62,459 nt of DNA from an uncultured bacterium. Lineage in GTDB: Bacteria > Patescibacteriota > Minisyncoccia > Phycocordibacterales > CAWITU01. Under the pieces are notes generated by a model. That model saw only the letters and a program-made list of their open reading frames with translations. It ran no database searches and had not been told where the DNA came from. The position numbers and the translations under genes are program-made. The stretch's first letter is position 1; each line of letters begins with the position of its first letter. Positions 9,683 to 18,825 of this stretch are shown piece after piece. Location: positions 1 through 62,459 of the forward strand of contig CAWITU010000006.1 of NCBI GenBank assembly GCA_963839205.1, given 5' to 3'.

Positions 9683-12376
9683 ATGAAAAAAGCTTTTATC
9701 TCGGTCTTATTAGGAGGAAGTACCTTCGCCCTAGGTTTATTCCTCGTGGGTCACGCTCTTGTCTTTGCTGCTGCCGGCACCCCACCAGTTCCTGGCAACC
9801 TAATCACCAATGCCCAAATGCAGAGTGCCTCGACGTCCCCCAATAGTCCTGATAATTGGACTACAGGTGGTTATGGATCAACAACCATAACTTATAACTA
9901 TCCACTGCCTGGGCCACAACCTGGGGACGTTGCTGCGAAAGTTACTTTGTCCAATTATGTAAATGGAGCAGGTGAATGGTTTTTCCAAAATGTTCCTGTC
10001 GTAGGTAAAAACGTATATCAATTTGCAGATTCATACAATTCAGATATTGAAAGTAATATTATCGCTCAATGGACTTTGAGTAATGGTTCATTTGCATATG
10101 ATGCCATTGCGACACTCCCACCAACTAATGGTGCATGGGCAAATACTCCACAAGAAGTTTTTCCGGCTCCAGCTAATGCGGTTTCGGTTACCGTTCTTCA
10201 TTTGATTACAAATACTAACGGTACTCTAGAGACCACAAATTACGCACTCACAAATTATGTTCCAACTGGCCAAGGTGCTTTTTCTAAAGCTATGGTGTCA
10301 TTAACTTTTGACGATGGATACACATCACAATTCTTTAACGCTAATCCAATTTTAAGTGCCGCTGGTATTCCAGGAACCTATTACATAATTACTGATCCAA
10401 TTCTTGAAGCAACAGCCAATCCCTCAGTAAATATGTTTATTGGCTCTGGTATTTCAACTTCAACTGTTACCTCTACATCAACCGTAAAGTGGGGAGACAT
10501 CACTAACTCTGGTACAGCTGGGGCAATATACACTGACCCAACTTACCAAATTTATACATTTACTGACACTTATACATCCACAGCTTCAAGTTCTATAACA
10601 GTTGATTACTGTTCCGTTGCCACCGTTGGAAACTGTGCTCCAGGGAATGTACTCGCAATGAATATAGGTTCGGTGCCAGCGGGTAATAATTTACAGACTG
10701 ATATTTCATTTACTCTTCCAACCATAGGGGGTAATACCGTAACACCAATCAGTATTATTCAAAGCCTAAATCAGAGTGGTTCAATTACAGTTTCAAATCC
10801 ATCACTTGTTGAGTATCAAACTTATATGACTGAATCTGAGCTTCAGACCCTCCAAGCTGAAGGTAATGAAATAGACTCGCATACAAAAACACATCCAGAC
10901 CTAAGCTTGATAACATTAACCACAGCAAGTTCGACTGACGAAATTCTTGGTTCACGTACGGCGCTATTATCTTTTGGAATGACTCCAGCCGACGGCTTTG
11001 CTTATCCATTTGGAAATTACAATACTAGTGTTAAACAGATGGTTGGAAGTTCTGGATATGATAATGCTCGAACAGTAGACGTCGGTTTCAATTCAACATC
11101 AAGCGACCCGCTACTTCTTAAGAGTGAGAGTGTCACTGCATCCACAACATTAGATACCGTTGAATCATGGATTGATACAGCAGTCGCAAATAAATGGTGG
11201 TTGGTAATTACTCTTCATGATGTTGACCCAGCAGATATCATTGCTAAGAATGGCGAAACTTATGCTGTTACGCCAGCCATGCTCCAAAGTATTGTCTCTT
11301 ATCTTAAGAGTGCTAAGCAGAGTGGTAGCTTAAATGTTACAACTATGGATCAAGGTCTTGCTGTGTTAAATAATTCAACGCCACCACCTCCACCACCAGT
11401 TCCAACGATTGCAATTACTCCGACAACATTACCTAATGGAACCGTTGGTACTTCGTACAGTCAAACACTATCCGCATCAACGACTGCCACAGGTCCATTC
11501 ACTTGGTCTGTTTCATCCGGCTCATTACCTCAAGGTCTAATACTTAACGCTTCTTCAACAACAATTTCTGGAACTCCAACAACGGCTGGAACATCAACAT
11601 TTAATATTTTTGTGACAAATGGTACCGCATCAACAACAAAAACTTATAGTATAGGTATCAATAGTGCACCGGTAATAGGCACACCAATCACAATCACCCC
11701 AACAACCTTACCTAATGGCACCGTCGGCACCTCATACAGTCAAACCCTAACCGCATCTACAACTGCCTCAGGTCCATTCACTTGGACAGTTTCATCAGGT
11801 ACCTTGCCACAAGGTCTAACCTTTGATGCATCGTCAACAGCTATCACCGGAACTCCAACTACTGCAGGGTCATCCAATTTTAACGTCACAGTTACTAACG
11901 GTACCGCTTCAACTACTCAGCCGTATAGTCTAACTATTGATGCTGCGCCAGTTCAGTCTTCTGGCGGGGGTGGTGGCGGAGGAGGTGGTAGTGGCGCAGC
12001 TGTTTACTATTCTGGTGGCGGAGGGGGTGGAGGATCGTATTCCTCCTCGGTCTCAACTACCACTAGTACGACAACACCAACTGTTGTAATCATCGGAAGT
12101 TCAACTCAATCAACAACGACTCCAACCACAACACCACCAGTTTTGTCACTATTCCGATTCACACATTATCTATATTACGGCCTTCATCATCCAGATGTAA
12201 TGGAACTACAAAAGCGATTAATGTCCGAAGGGTTCTTTAATGGGCCAATCACTGGTTACTTCGGACCACTCACTAGAGCTTCTGTAATGGCCTATCAAAG
12301 AAGTCATCACATCTCTGTGGTTGGGAGCGTTGGCCCGCTTACCCGAGGATCGCTCAATGAGAGTTTTGGAGGATAG
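9683..12376 (+). CDS. Secreted multidomain cell-envelope protein: NodB-type polysaccharide deacetylase, 2 Ig-like repeats, Gly-rich linker, peptidoglycan-binding domain
   Basis: Signal peptide. TFDDGY and DSHTKTHPDL deacetylase motifs. Two ~93-aa repeats (TPTTLPNGTVGTSYSQTL...GPFTW.VSSG.LPQGL). G8/G7 runs. C-terminal PG_binding_1-like YYGLHHPDVMELQKRL...GYFGPLTRASV. Confidence 0.8.
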   Translation: MKKAFISVLLGGSTFALGLFLVGHALVFAAAGTPPVPGNLITNAQMQSASTSPNSPDNWTTGGYGSTTITYNYPLPGPQPGDVAAKVTLSNYVNGAGEWFFQNVPVVGKNVYQFADSYNSDIESNIIAQWTLSNGSFAYDAIATLPPTNGAWANTPQEVFPAPANAVSVTVLHLITNTNGTLETTNYALTNYVPTGQGAFSKAMVSLTFDDGYTSQFFNANPILSAAGIPGTYYIITDPILEATANPSVNMFIGSGISTSTVTSTSTVKWGDITNSGTAGAIYTDPTYQIYTFTDTYTSTASSSITVDYCSVATVGNCAPGNVLAMNIGSVPAGNNLQTDISFTLPTIGGNTVTPISIIQSLNQSGSITVSNPSLVEYQTYMTESELQTLQAEGNEIDSHTKTHPDLSLITLTTASSTDEILGSRTALLSFGMTPADGFAYPFGNYNTSVKQMVGSSGYDNARTVDVGFNSTSSDPLLLKSESVTASTTLDTVESWIDTAVANKWWLVITLHDVDPADIIAKNGETYAVTPAMLQSIVSYLKSAKQSGSLNVTTMDQGLAVLNNSTPPPPPPVPTIAITPTTLPNGTVGTSYSQTLSASTTATGPFTWSVSSGSLPQGLILNASSTTISGTPTTAGTSTFNIFVTNGTASTTKTYSIGINSAPVIGTPITITPTTLPNGTVGTSYSQTLTASTTASGPFTWTVSSGTLPQGLTFDASSTAITGTPTTAGSSNFNVTVTNGTASTTQPYSLTIDAAPVQSSGGGGGGGGGSGAAVYYSGGGGGGGSYSSSVSTTTSTTTPTVVIIGSSTQSTTTPTTTPPVLSLFRFTHYLYYGLHHPDVMELQKRLMSEGFFNGPITGYFGPLTRASVMAYQRSHHISVVGSVGPLTRGSLNESFGG
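11398..11955 (+). repeat. Tandem ~279-bp coding repeat (2 units) inside the surface protein
   Basis: The unit starting ~11414 recurs at ~11693 and encodes near-identical Ig-like modules. Confidence 0.85.
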
Positions 12377-12406
12377 AATAATTCCATTATTAGTATAAAC
12401 AAAAAA

Positions 12407-12449
12407 CCGTCCTGCTTTGCTCTTTGTGGAGCTTCGCAGGACGGTTTTT
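12407..12449. terminator. Bidirectional intrinsic terminator
   Basis: AAAAAA-CCGTCCTGC...GCAGGACGG-TTTTT between convergent genes. Confidence 0.8.
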
Positions 12450-12542
12450 ATAGTCTGGATAGTCAGACTAGTCTTCCGTGGTCATTTGGATTTGAAAGAT
12501 CTTCGATGATGAGCATTTTGTCCTTACCACTTTTATCTGCCA

Positions 12543-12830
12543 TCAAAATATCGATGGCGATGGGACCCGCTCCACCTTGCCTGGTGGCACCCAAAAACCT
12601 TGGCGGTTTATTCCTGAATCACTGCAACCAGAATGTAGGCAACCGATAAAACATTGTGGGTCCTTATCGTATCTCACTGCATGTTTAGGAATCTCGTACT
12701 TACCATCCAAAGTATAAAGGGTGATGGGATCACCGATATGGATTGGTGATTCGCACACTGCACATTTGATTGCCATCTTTCCTATGCATTCCAGACAGTA
12801 ATCTGGTTTGCCATTTTTCGCTAGAGGCAT
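12543..12830 (-). CDS. Cys-rich (zinc-ribbon-like) small protein; may extend to an ATG at ~12962 via a frameshift
   Basis: 95-aa ORF with CLEC...CAVC and further Cys/His. An upstream 50-codon frame (MEKMLFSLRLHWLIISSF...) abuts it. Confidence 0.4.
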   Translation of the reverse strand: MPLAKNGKPDYCLECIGKMAIKCAVCESPIHIGDPITLYTLDGKYEIPKHAVRYDKDPQCFIGCLHSGCSDSGINRQGFWVPPGKVERVPSPSIF

Positions 12831-13069
12831 TGTGGTGATGATGGTTTCACCGAATGAGGTGGTATGCCGGTTCTATTAGTTCTATGGCCGCAGACGTTGG
12901 CCTTGTAGGTTTTCCTCATAAAAGACGAAATAATGAGCCAATGAAGGCGAAGGCTAAAGAGCATTTTTTCCATGCAACTCCTTTGGTTGTGTTGTTTGTC
13001 TGGATACTACTGCAAAGCCAATTTTAAGTCTAGGTGTCAATTACACCTCGAATTATGTATAATTTTTGA

Positions 13070-14315
13070 ATGGCAAAGTTTAGTAGAAGCGTTAAAAAAA
13101 TTACGAAAATTATTGGACCTGGTCTTATCACCGGCGCGGCCGATGATGGTCCGCAATTTAGTTACGTCAAACTGTGGACAGTTCTTTTATGGTCATACCT
13201 TAATGACGGCAGTTCAGGAAGCTTGTGCTCGAATTGGAGTTGTAACTGGCAAGGGAATTGCAGCAGTAATTAAAGAACATTATTCCAAATATGTTTTGTA
13301 TTCAGTAATTTTTCTTATTCTAATAGCAAATACAATAAATATCGGAGCGGACCTGGGTGCGATGGCCGCAGCTACCAAATTAATTATTCCAGTTCCGTTT
13401 TCGATTTTGATTCTTGGTTTTACAGCTCTTATTCTAGTTTTAGAGATATTTATTTCCTACAAAAATTACGCCAAAATACTAAAATGGCTGAGCTTGGCAC
13501 TACTTTCTTATATCGTAACGGTTTTTATTGTGCAGGAACCATGGCTAACTCTTGTGAGGGCAACTTTAATTCCACACTTTGAATTTAGTTTTGCCTTCTT
13601 ATTTATTATTACAGGCGTTCTCGGGACAACGATTTCTCCATATATGTTTTTCTGGGAAGCATCTGAAGAGGTTGAGGAGGAACATGCAAAACATTTGATA
13701 CATAATGGAAAACCAAAGGTCACTAAAGCATTTATGAAATCACTTCGTCTAGATAATTTTCTTGGTATGTTATCTTCTCAGATTGCAACGTGGTGCATTA
13801 TTGTAGTTTCAGCCACAGTGCTTAATCAAAATGGAGTAGTAAATATTGCGACAGCTTCGGATGCGGCACGTGCCCTAGAGCCGTTGGTGCACACTTTTCC
13901 GTACGCCGGTTTTTTAGCAAAACTTATTTTCTCTGTTGGAATTATTGGGTTAGGTTTGCTTGCCGTTCCAGTGCTTTCGGCCTCAGCTTCCTATGCTGTT
14001 TCTGAAGCATTTAGTTGGCACGAAGGACTTAGTTTAAAACTGAAGCTTGGGCACGGTTTCTATGGAGTAATTACTATTGCAACAATTATCGGTTTAATAA
14101 TTAATTTTATTGGTCTTGATCCAGTCAAGGCTTTGGTTCTGGCAGCAGTAATTAATGGAGTTATCGCCGTCCCGCTCATTTTTATAATTGCTAAAATTGC
14201 TTCTAGTAAAGAAATAATGGGCGAATATAAAAGTGGAACACTTTCAGTTATATTTGTCTGGCTGACATTTATAATAATGACTGCGGCGGCAGTTTGTATG
14301 TTCTCTGTCTTGTAA
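13070..14315 (+). CDS. mntH: NRAMP-family divalent metal transporter (MntH-like), one frameshift near 13150
   Basis: N-terminus MAKFSRSVKKITKIIGPGLITGAADDGP (ORF 13070..) joins ...NLVTSNCGQFFYGHTLMTAVQEACARIGVVTGKG of ORF 12972..14315. Polytopic membrane protein. Confidence 0.8.
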
Positions 14316-14373
14316 TTGAATTTGTTGAGAAATATTTTTAGCTCTTGAGCGTCTACTTATATATAATTAAACT

Positions 14374-14754
14374 ATGGATAAAGATAAAATCAAAAAAGAA
14401 AATCCGGAACTTTATCACGTCGCATATGAGAAGGGTACAGAGGCACCGTTTACTGGGAAGTACGTGCATAGCGAAGAAGATGGAATGTATAAATGTGCGG
14501 TTTGTGGGCAGGATCTTTTCAAAAGCGACGCAAAATTTGACTCTGGTACTGGCTGGCCAAGTTTTGATGAAGCGATTCCTGGAAGTGTAAAACCTGAAGA
14601 AGATAGTAGTCTTGGAATGAGCCGCACCGAAGTCATCTGTTCCCGGTGCGGCTCCCACTTGGGCCATCTCTTCAACGATGGCCCAACTAAAACCGGCAAA
14701 CGGTATTGCCTAAATTCCGTTTGCCTAGATTTAAAACCTGAATTGGACAACTGA
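14374..14754 (+). CDS. msrB: Peptide-methionine (R)-S-oxide reductase MsrB
   Basis: 126 aa with CxxC pairs, the GTGWPSF motif and RYCLNS catalytic Cys region. Confidence 0.9.
   Translation: MDKDKIKKENPELYHVAYEKGTEAPFTGKYVHSEEDGMYKCAVCGQDLFKSDAKFDSGTGWPSFDEAIPGSVKPEEDSSLGMSRTEVICSRCGSHLGHLFNDGPTKTGKRYCLNSVCLDLKPELDN
14619..14654. repeat. Intragenic GC-rich hairpin in msrB (11-bp perfect stem)
   Basis: GAGCCGCACCG, 14 nt, CGGTGCGGCTC, within the codons for SRTEVICSRCGS. Confidence 0.9.
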
Positions 14755-14784
14755 TAATTTTGCGATAAAATAAGGGCTTGTTTT

Positions 14785-14858
14785 GGGCCTATGGTATAGC
14801 AGTAACACGCGTCCATGGCATGGACGAGTCCGGGGTGCGATTCCCCGTAGGTCCACCA
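14785..14858 (+). tRNA. tRNA-Ala (anticodon GGC), CCA encoded
   Basis: Acceptor GGGCCTA/TAGGTCC with G3:U70, anticodon loop ATGGCAT, T-loop GTGCGATTCCCC, 3' ACCA. Confidence 0.85.
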
Positions 14859-15707
14859 TGAAAAAAATAAAATCAGTTGTATATGTTAGTGACCTAGATA
14901 GTTTTGTGTTCCCAAATGAGGCAGTTATGCCAATAACCGATATCGCTTTCCAACGAGCCATCGGTGTTTTTGAGGCGCTATTAGTTGTAAATGGAAAGAC
15001 AATCTCTCTGACTGATCATCTTAAAAGACTTAAACATTCAGCAAAGGCCTTGGGTATTCATTTTCCTTGGTCATTTTCATTTTTGGAAAAGAAAGCACTT
15101 GAAGGTATTAAAATTATTGGGCTTAAGGAAGTGGCTGTCAGAATTCTTATAACTGGTGGAGATAGTGAATATCTTTTGCCCTCTCAAAAACCAAGACTTT
15201 ATATTTGGGTCAAGGAAGAACCGATTCCAGAAGATCTTTATACAAAAGGGGTAGCTGTGCACATTTCTCAGCTTCATAGAATTGTTCCGAAAATAAAGTC
15301 CCTCAATTATGTTAACCGCTTCAGTTGCTTACGCTCATGCAAGGAAGCAGGGGTACTTTGATGCACTTCACACCGATATTTACGGAAATATTACTGAGGG
15401 GACCACATTCAATTTCGCTATTAGAGTTGGTGATACTTTGATTACCCCAAAGAAAAATACACTTGATGGTACAACGATGGCTAAGATAATTTATTTTGCT
15501 AAAAAACTTAAGCTAAAAGTAAAGAGAGAGCCAATCTCTCAAAAGGATGTAAGTAGAGCGGATGAGGCTTTCATAACCGGATCAATTAAGAAGGTTGTGC
15601 CGGTTGTGAGAGTTGATAAACAAAAGATTGGAAACGGTAAACCTGGCGAATATACAAAAGTATTGATGCAAAAATTTGATGACTATGTTTCAGGGAAAAT
15701 AAAGTGA
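14858..15707 (+). CDS. Class IV (branched-chain / D-amino-acid) aminotransferase, one frameshift near 15310-15360
   Basis: MKKIKSVVYV...PITDIAFQRAIGVFEAL and IKSLNY (catalytic Lys region). The C-terminal half is in ORF 15309..15707. The ATG shares its A with the tRNA CCA end. Confidence 0.75.
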
Positions 15708-16195
15708 CGAAATTCAACACTCAGAGAAAGATTATTTTGGGGATTATCTGCGTCATAATTGTTGGCTGTCTTCTTGGTTATACATATCATGTAGAAAAAA
15801 ATCCTGTAAAAAACATCCCTACAGGAATAGCCACTATCACCTTAGATCAATCAACGATTATGGCTTCAATTGCTAACACTGATGCATTAAGGGAAAAAGG
15901 GTTGGGTGGTGTAAATTCTTTGAATTCCAACCAAGGGATGTTTTTTATGTTTGATACCCCAGGACTATATGGTTTCTGGATGAAAGATATGCTTATTCCA
16001 ATAGACATGATTTGGTTGGATCAAAATCTTAAGGTGGTATATATAGAGTCAAATGTTTTGCCGTCGACGTATCCTGCCGTTTTTACTCCAACTTCATCTT
16101 CAATGTACGTACTTGAAACTCAAAGTGGTTTTGTGGAGAAAAATTCTATTAAGGTAGGCGATACAGCCAAAATTCTCTCAATAACTTCTAAATGA
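15704..16195 (+). CDS. DUF192-family protein
   Basis: N-terminal TM helix and the GMFFMF...FWMKDMLIPIDMIWLD pattern typical of DUF192/COG1430. Confidence 0.65.
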   Translation: MTKFNTQRKIILGIICVIIVGCLLGYTYHVEKNPVKNIPTGIATITLDQSTIMASIANTDALREKGLGGVNSLNSNQGMFFMFDTPGLYGFWMKDMLIPIDMIWLDQNLKVVYIESNVLPSTYPAVFTPTSSSMYVLETQSGFVEKNSIKVGDTAKILSITSK

Positions 16196-17287
16196 TTGCT
16201 ATCTTTCTATCTATCATATTTATAATACTGCTTTTAGGGCATACGCTCTTGTATTTTTTTGTTGTTAGTATTTTTTCTGTTTCGAATCCAATTATCCTAC
16301 TTGATTTGAAACTGCTAACGGTTCTTCTGTCGCTTACTTTTATTTTAGGATCTGCCGGATCATCTGTACAAAATAATCTTGTTACTAGATATTTTTATCG
16401 AGCGTCTGCGGTTTGGCTTTCATTTTTCATATATCTATTTTTTGGAGCGGTTATTTATTATATTGCTTTGATTTTTGGTGCATCTGTAATTTCGGGTCAG
16501 GTACTCTTAGTTTTAGCACTTGGTTTGTCTTTATACGGATTGATTCACGCTCAAATTATTAAAAAAGTTCATATCAAAATTAACTTACCTAATTTGCCAG
16601 AGTCTTGGATTGGTAAAAAGGCGGTATTTTTAAGTGATTTACATTTGGGGCAGGTGAGAGGTAAGAAATTTTTAGAAAAAATTGTCTCAGTAATTCAGAA
16701 GGAATCTCCTGATATTATTTTTATTTCCGGTGATATTTATGATGGGGTTAAGGTTGATGCTCAAGATATCGTCTCTCCATTTAGAAATCTGAGTCCAATT
16801 CATGGAATATTTTTTGTGATGGGGAATCATGAGGAATTCAGAGAGAATAATGGTTACTCTGAGGCGCTCCGTTCAAGTGGGGTCAAAATTCTTGAAGACG
16901 AACTTGTTGTTATTGATGGTAGTTCAAATTGTTGGAGTTGATTACAAAACTACCGAGAAAAGAAGTGATTTTGAAAAAGTACTCAGTTCGCTTCCAATTG
17001 ACGCCAACCTTCCTTCGATTCTATTGAAACATGTGCCGTCTAATTTGGATGTGGCCGAAAAGCGAGGCATAAGCCTCGGCCTTTTCGGCCACACTCACCG
17101 AGCCCAAGTTTTCCCTTTTAGTATTATTACCCACTTTGTTTACAAAGGTTTTGACTACGGTCTTAAAAAATTAGGGAAGATGCAGGTCTACACATCATCT
17201 GGGGTTGGAACTTGGGGACCTCCAATTCGAGTCGGTTCTAATTCAGAGATTGTTATCTTGAATTTCTCTATTGCAAAATCTGCTTAG
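16192..17287 (+). CDS. Membrane-anchored metallophosphoesterase, one frameshift near 16900
   Basis: Calcineurin-like motifs LSDLHLG, SGDIYDG, GNHE and GHTH across ORFs 16192..16941 and 16829..17287. Confidence 0.75.
17050..17093. repeat. Intragenic nested hairpin in the metallophosphoesterase gene (13 + 6 bp)
   Basis: TGTGGCCGAAAAG-CGAGGC-ataa-GCCTCG-gc-CTTTTCGGCCACA, coding ...VAEKRGISLGLFGHT... Confidence 0.9.
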
Positions 17288-17315
17288 ATGTGGTATTATA
17301 TATAGGTATTTAGCT

Positions 17316-17334
17316 CCTTGAAATTCAAGGTTTT
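17316..17334 (+). terminator. Short stem-loop plus TTTT after the phosphoesterase gene
   Basis: CCTTGAA-a-TTCAAGG followed by TTTT. Confidence 0.5.
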
Positions 17335-17503
17335 CACCATGGCCTAGAGTGGCTTTCAGTAGGCCTTTCTATGCTGTGGTGAAAGGTGACCTGTCTTTAA
17401 CAGGCAGGAAGATTCCTTAAACCAACGAGAAACAATCAGTAGGAGAACCAAAGATTGAAACTCACAGCACGAAAGTAAAACTGCAAATGAAAGGAACGCC
17501 ATT

Positions 17504-18247
17504 ATGGCTACCAAACAACAGATACCCGTACTCGCAGGGGCAATAGTGAGTAAACAAGAGAGTTTCGCCGCTCTCCCCGACAAAGATGCCCAATGGGCTA
17601 TCGAAAACACCGACGAAGCGATTCGTCTTGCCGTCGAGGCAATTCAGAATCGTGGAGGTTTCATCAAACGGAGAAGCAAGATGCCGATCGAGATTGATGA
17701 ACAGCTCAAACTGTGGCAGGAGTTCTACGAACTCTACTTCGGACTCGAAGATGTCAAAACCATCGACCCCGAGCGTCCCAACCCGTCAGTTCGGTTCAAG
17801 CAGCTTGTTGTCGTCGCGAAGGGTATCACTCTGAACGACGTACTCAAAGCCATGCGGACTAAGATGAAGGTGTGGAGCTACACCGAGGACCTCAACAGTG
17901 CTGTTCCCACCAATGAGCGCTCCGCCGACAAGGGTCACTATGCGATCTATGTCCGGGACACCATCGAAGCCGACGAAGAGCTTCGTAACACCTCGGTCAA
18001 TGAAATCGCCAAAAAGAAAACGGCGACGATGACACTCCTCGAGCGCATGCTCTTGGAACTCTTCATCTTTCATTGGACAGGTGAACACCTGGACGTGAAG
18101 AACGTTACTCTCTGTGCAGGCTCGCGTGACTCGGACGGCGACGTCCCGGGCGTCGATTGGTGCGACAACGAGGTTCGGATCAGCTGGTGCCGCACCGACG
18201 ACTCCGGCGACGATCTCCGAGCTCGTGCAGTGCAGTTTGTCGGATAA
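17504..18247 (+). CDS. Orphan hypothetical protein on a higher-G+C patch
   Basis: 247-aa ORF with coding-like composition and AAAGGA 8 nt upstream of the ATG. No motif I recognise. All overlapping ORFs look like shadows. Confidence 0.55.
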   Translation: MATKQQIPVLAGAIVSKQESFAALPDKDAQWAIENTDEAIRLAVEAIQNRGGFIKRRSKMPIEIDEQLKLWQEFYELYFGLEDVKTIDPERPNPSVRFKQLVVVAKGITLNDVLKAMRTKMKVWSYTEDLNSAVPTNERSADKGHYAIYVRDTIEADEELRNTSVNEIAKKKTATMTLLERMLLELFIFHWTGEHLDVKNVTLCAGSRDSDGDVPGVDWCDNEVRISWCRTDDSGDDLRARAVQFVG

Positions 18248-18401
18248 TCCTTGCACCTGTAACCTTGAATCCTTGTCCGCCATTTTTTTCTTTGGCGGAC
18301 ACACAAAAATCGTCACCTTTGCGCAAGCAGGGGTGGCGATTTCTTTTTTATAACTGTACCTTTAACATTGCTTATTTCTTATAATGTTTTATAATATTGA
18401 C

Positions 18402-18750
18402 TGGCTTGGATCGGGTAATCGCCCCTGCGTAGCTTTAGCGAAGCAGGGGAGGAAAGTCCGAACACTTGTCAGCCATGTTGGCTAGACAGCAGAGTAGCGG
18501 GTAACGCCCGTCTGGAGCAATCCAAGAGGTGCGAGCAGAGACGCCGGTATCCGAAAGGGTAGGGCATCCTTATGGGATGAGTCTGTTATAGCAAATAGAG
18601 AGTGAAACGGCAAAATCCTTACTTAAGTGCAAGGCCGTGCCCCAATGGGGAGTGCCGCTTGATTCCAAAAGTAATTTTGGAACTAGATAAATGATTATCC
18701 ATGTCTACTTTGGTAGGCTGGACAGAATTCGGCTTATAGATCCAAGTCCA
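18402..18750 (+). ncRNA. rnpB: RNase P RNA, bacterial type A
   Basis: P1 CTTGGATC/GATCCAAG and the conserved GAGGAAAGTCCG, GGGTAACGCCC and ACAGAATTCGGCTTATAG blocks. TATAAT at 18390-18395. Confidence 0.85.
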
Positions 18751-18756
18751 TACATG

Positions 18757-18796
18757 AAAACCACCCTAGGCTTAGACCGAGGGTGGTTTTCTTTTT
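18757..18796 (+). terminator. Intrinsic terminator after rnpB
   Basis: AAAACCACCCT...AGGGTGGTTTT followed by CTTTTT. Confidence 0.8.
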
Positions 18797-18825
18797 ATCG
18801 TCTCTGCCTATATAATGAGCCCAAC

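Noticed and set aside
11955-12060. Considered whether the G-rich tract (GGCGGGGGTGGTGGCGGAGGAGG...) is a G-quadruplex or phase-variation element.
   Set aside because: It is in frame and encodes poly-Gly linkers between domains of the surface protein. Length variation is possible, but there is no evidence for a regulatory role.
12963-13069. Looked for a Mn-sensing (yybP-ykoY) riboswitch upstream of the NRAMP gene.
   Set aside because: The leader is only ~100 nt and lacks the conserved four-way-junction sequence blocks. Only a 5-bp hairpin and promoter-like boxes are visible.
18691-18825. Checked the N-terminal extension of the murJ ORF.
   Set aside because: It overlaps the 3' part of RNase P RNA and its terminator. 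The conserved MurJ sequence starts at the ATG at 18826.
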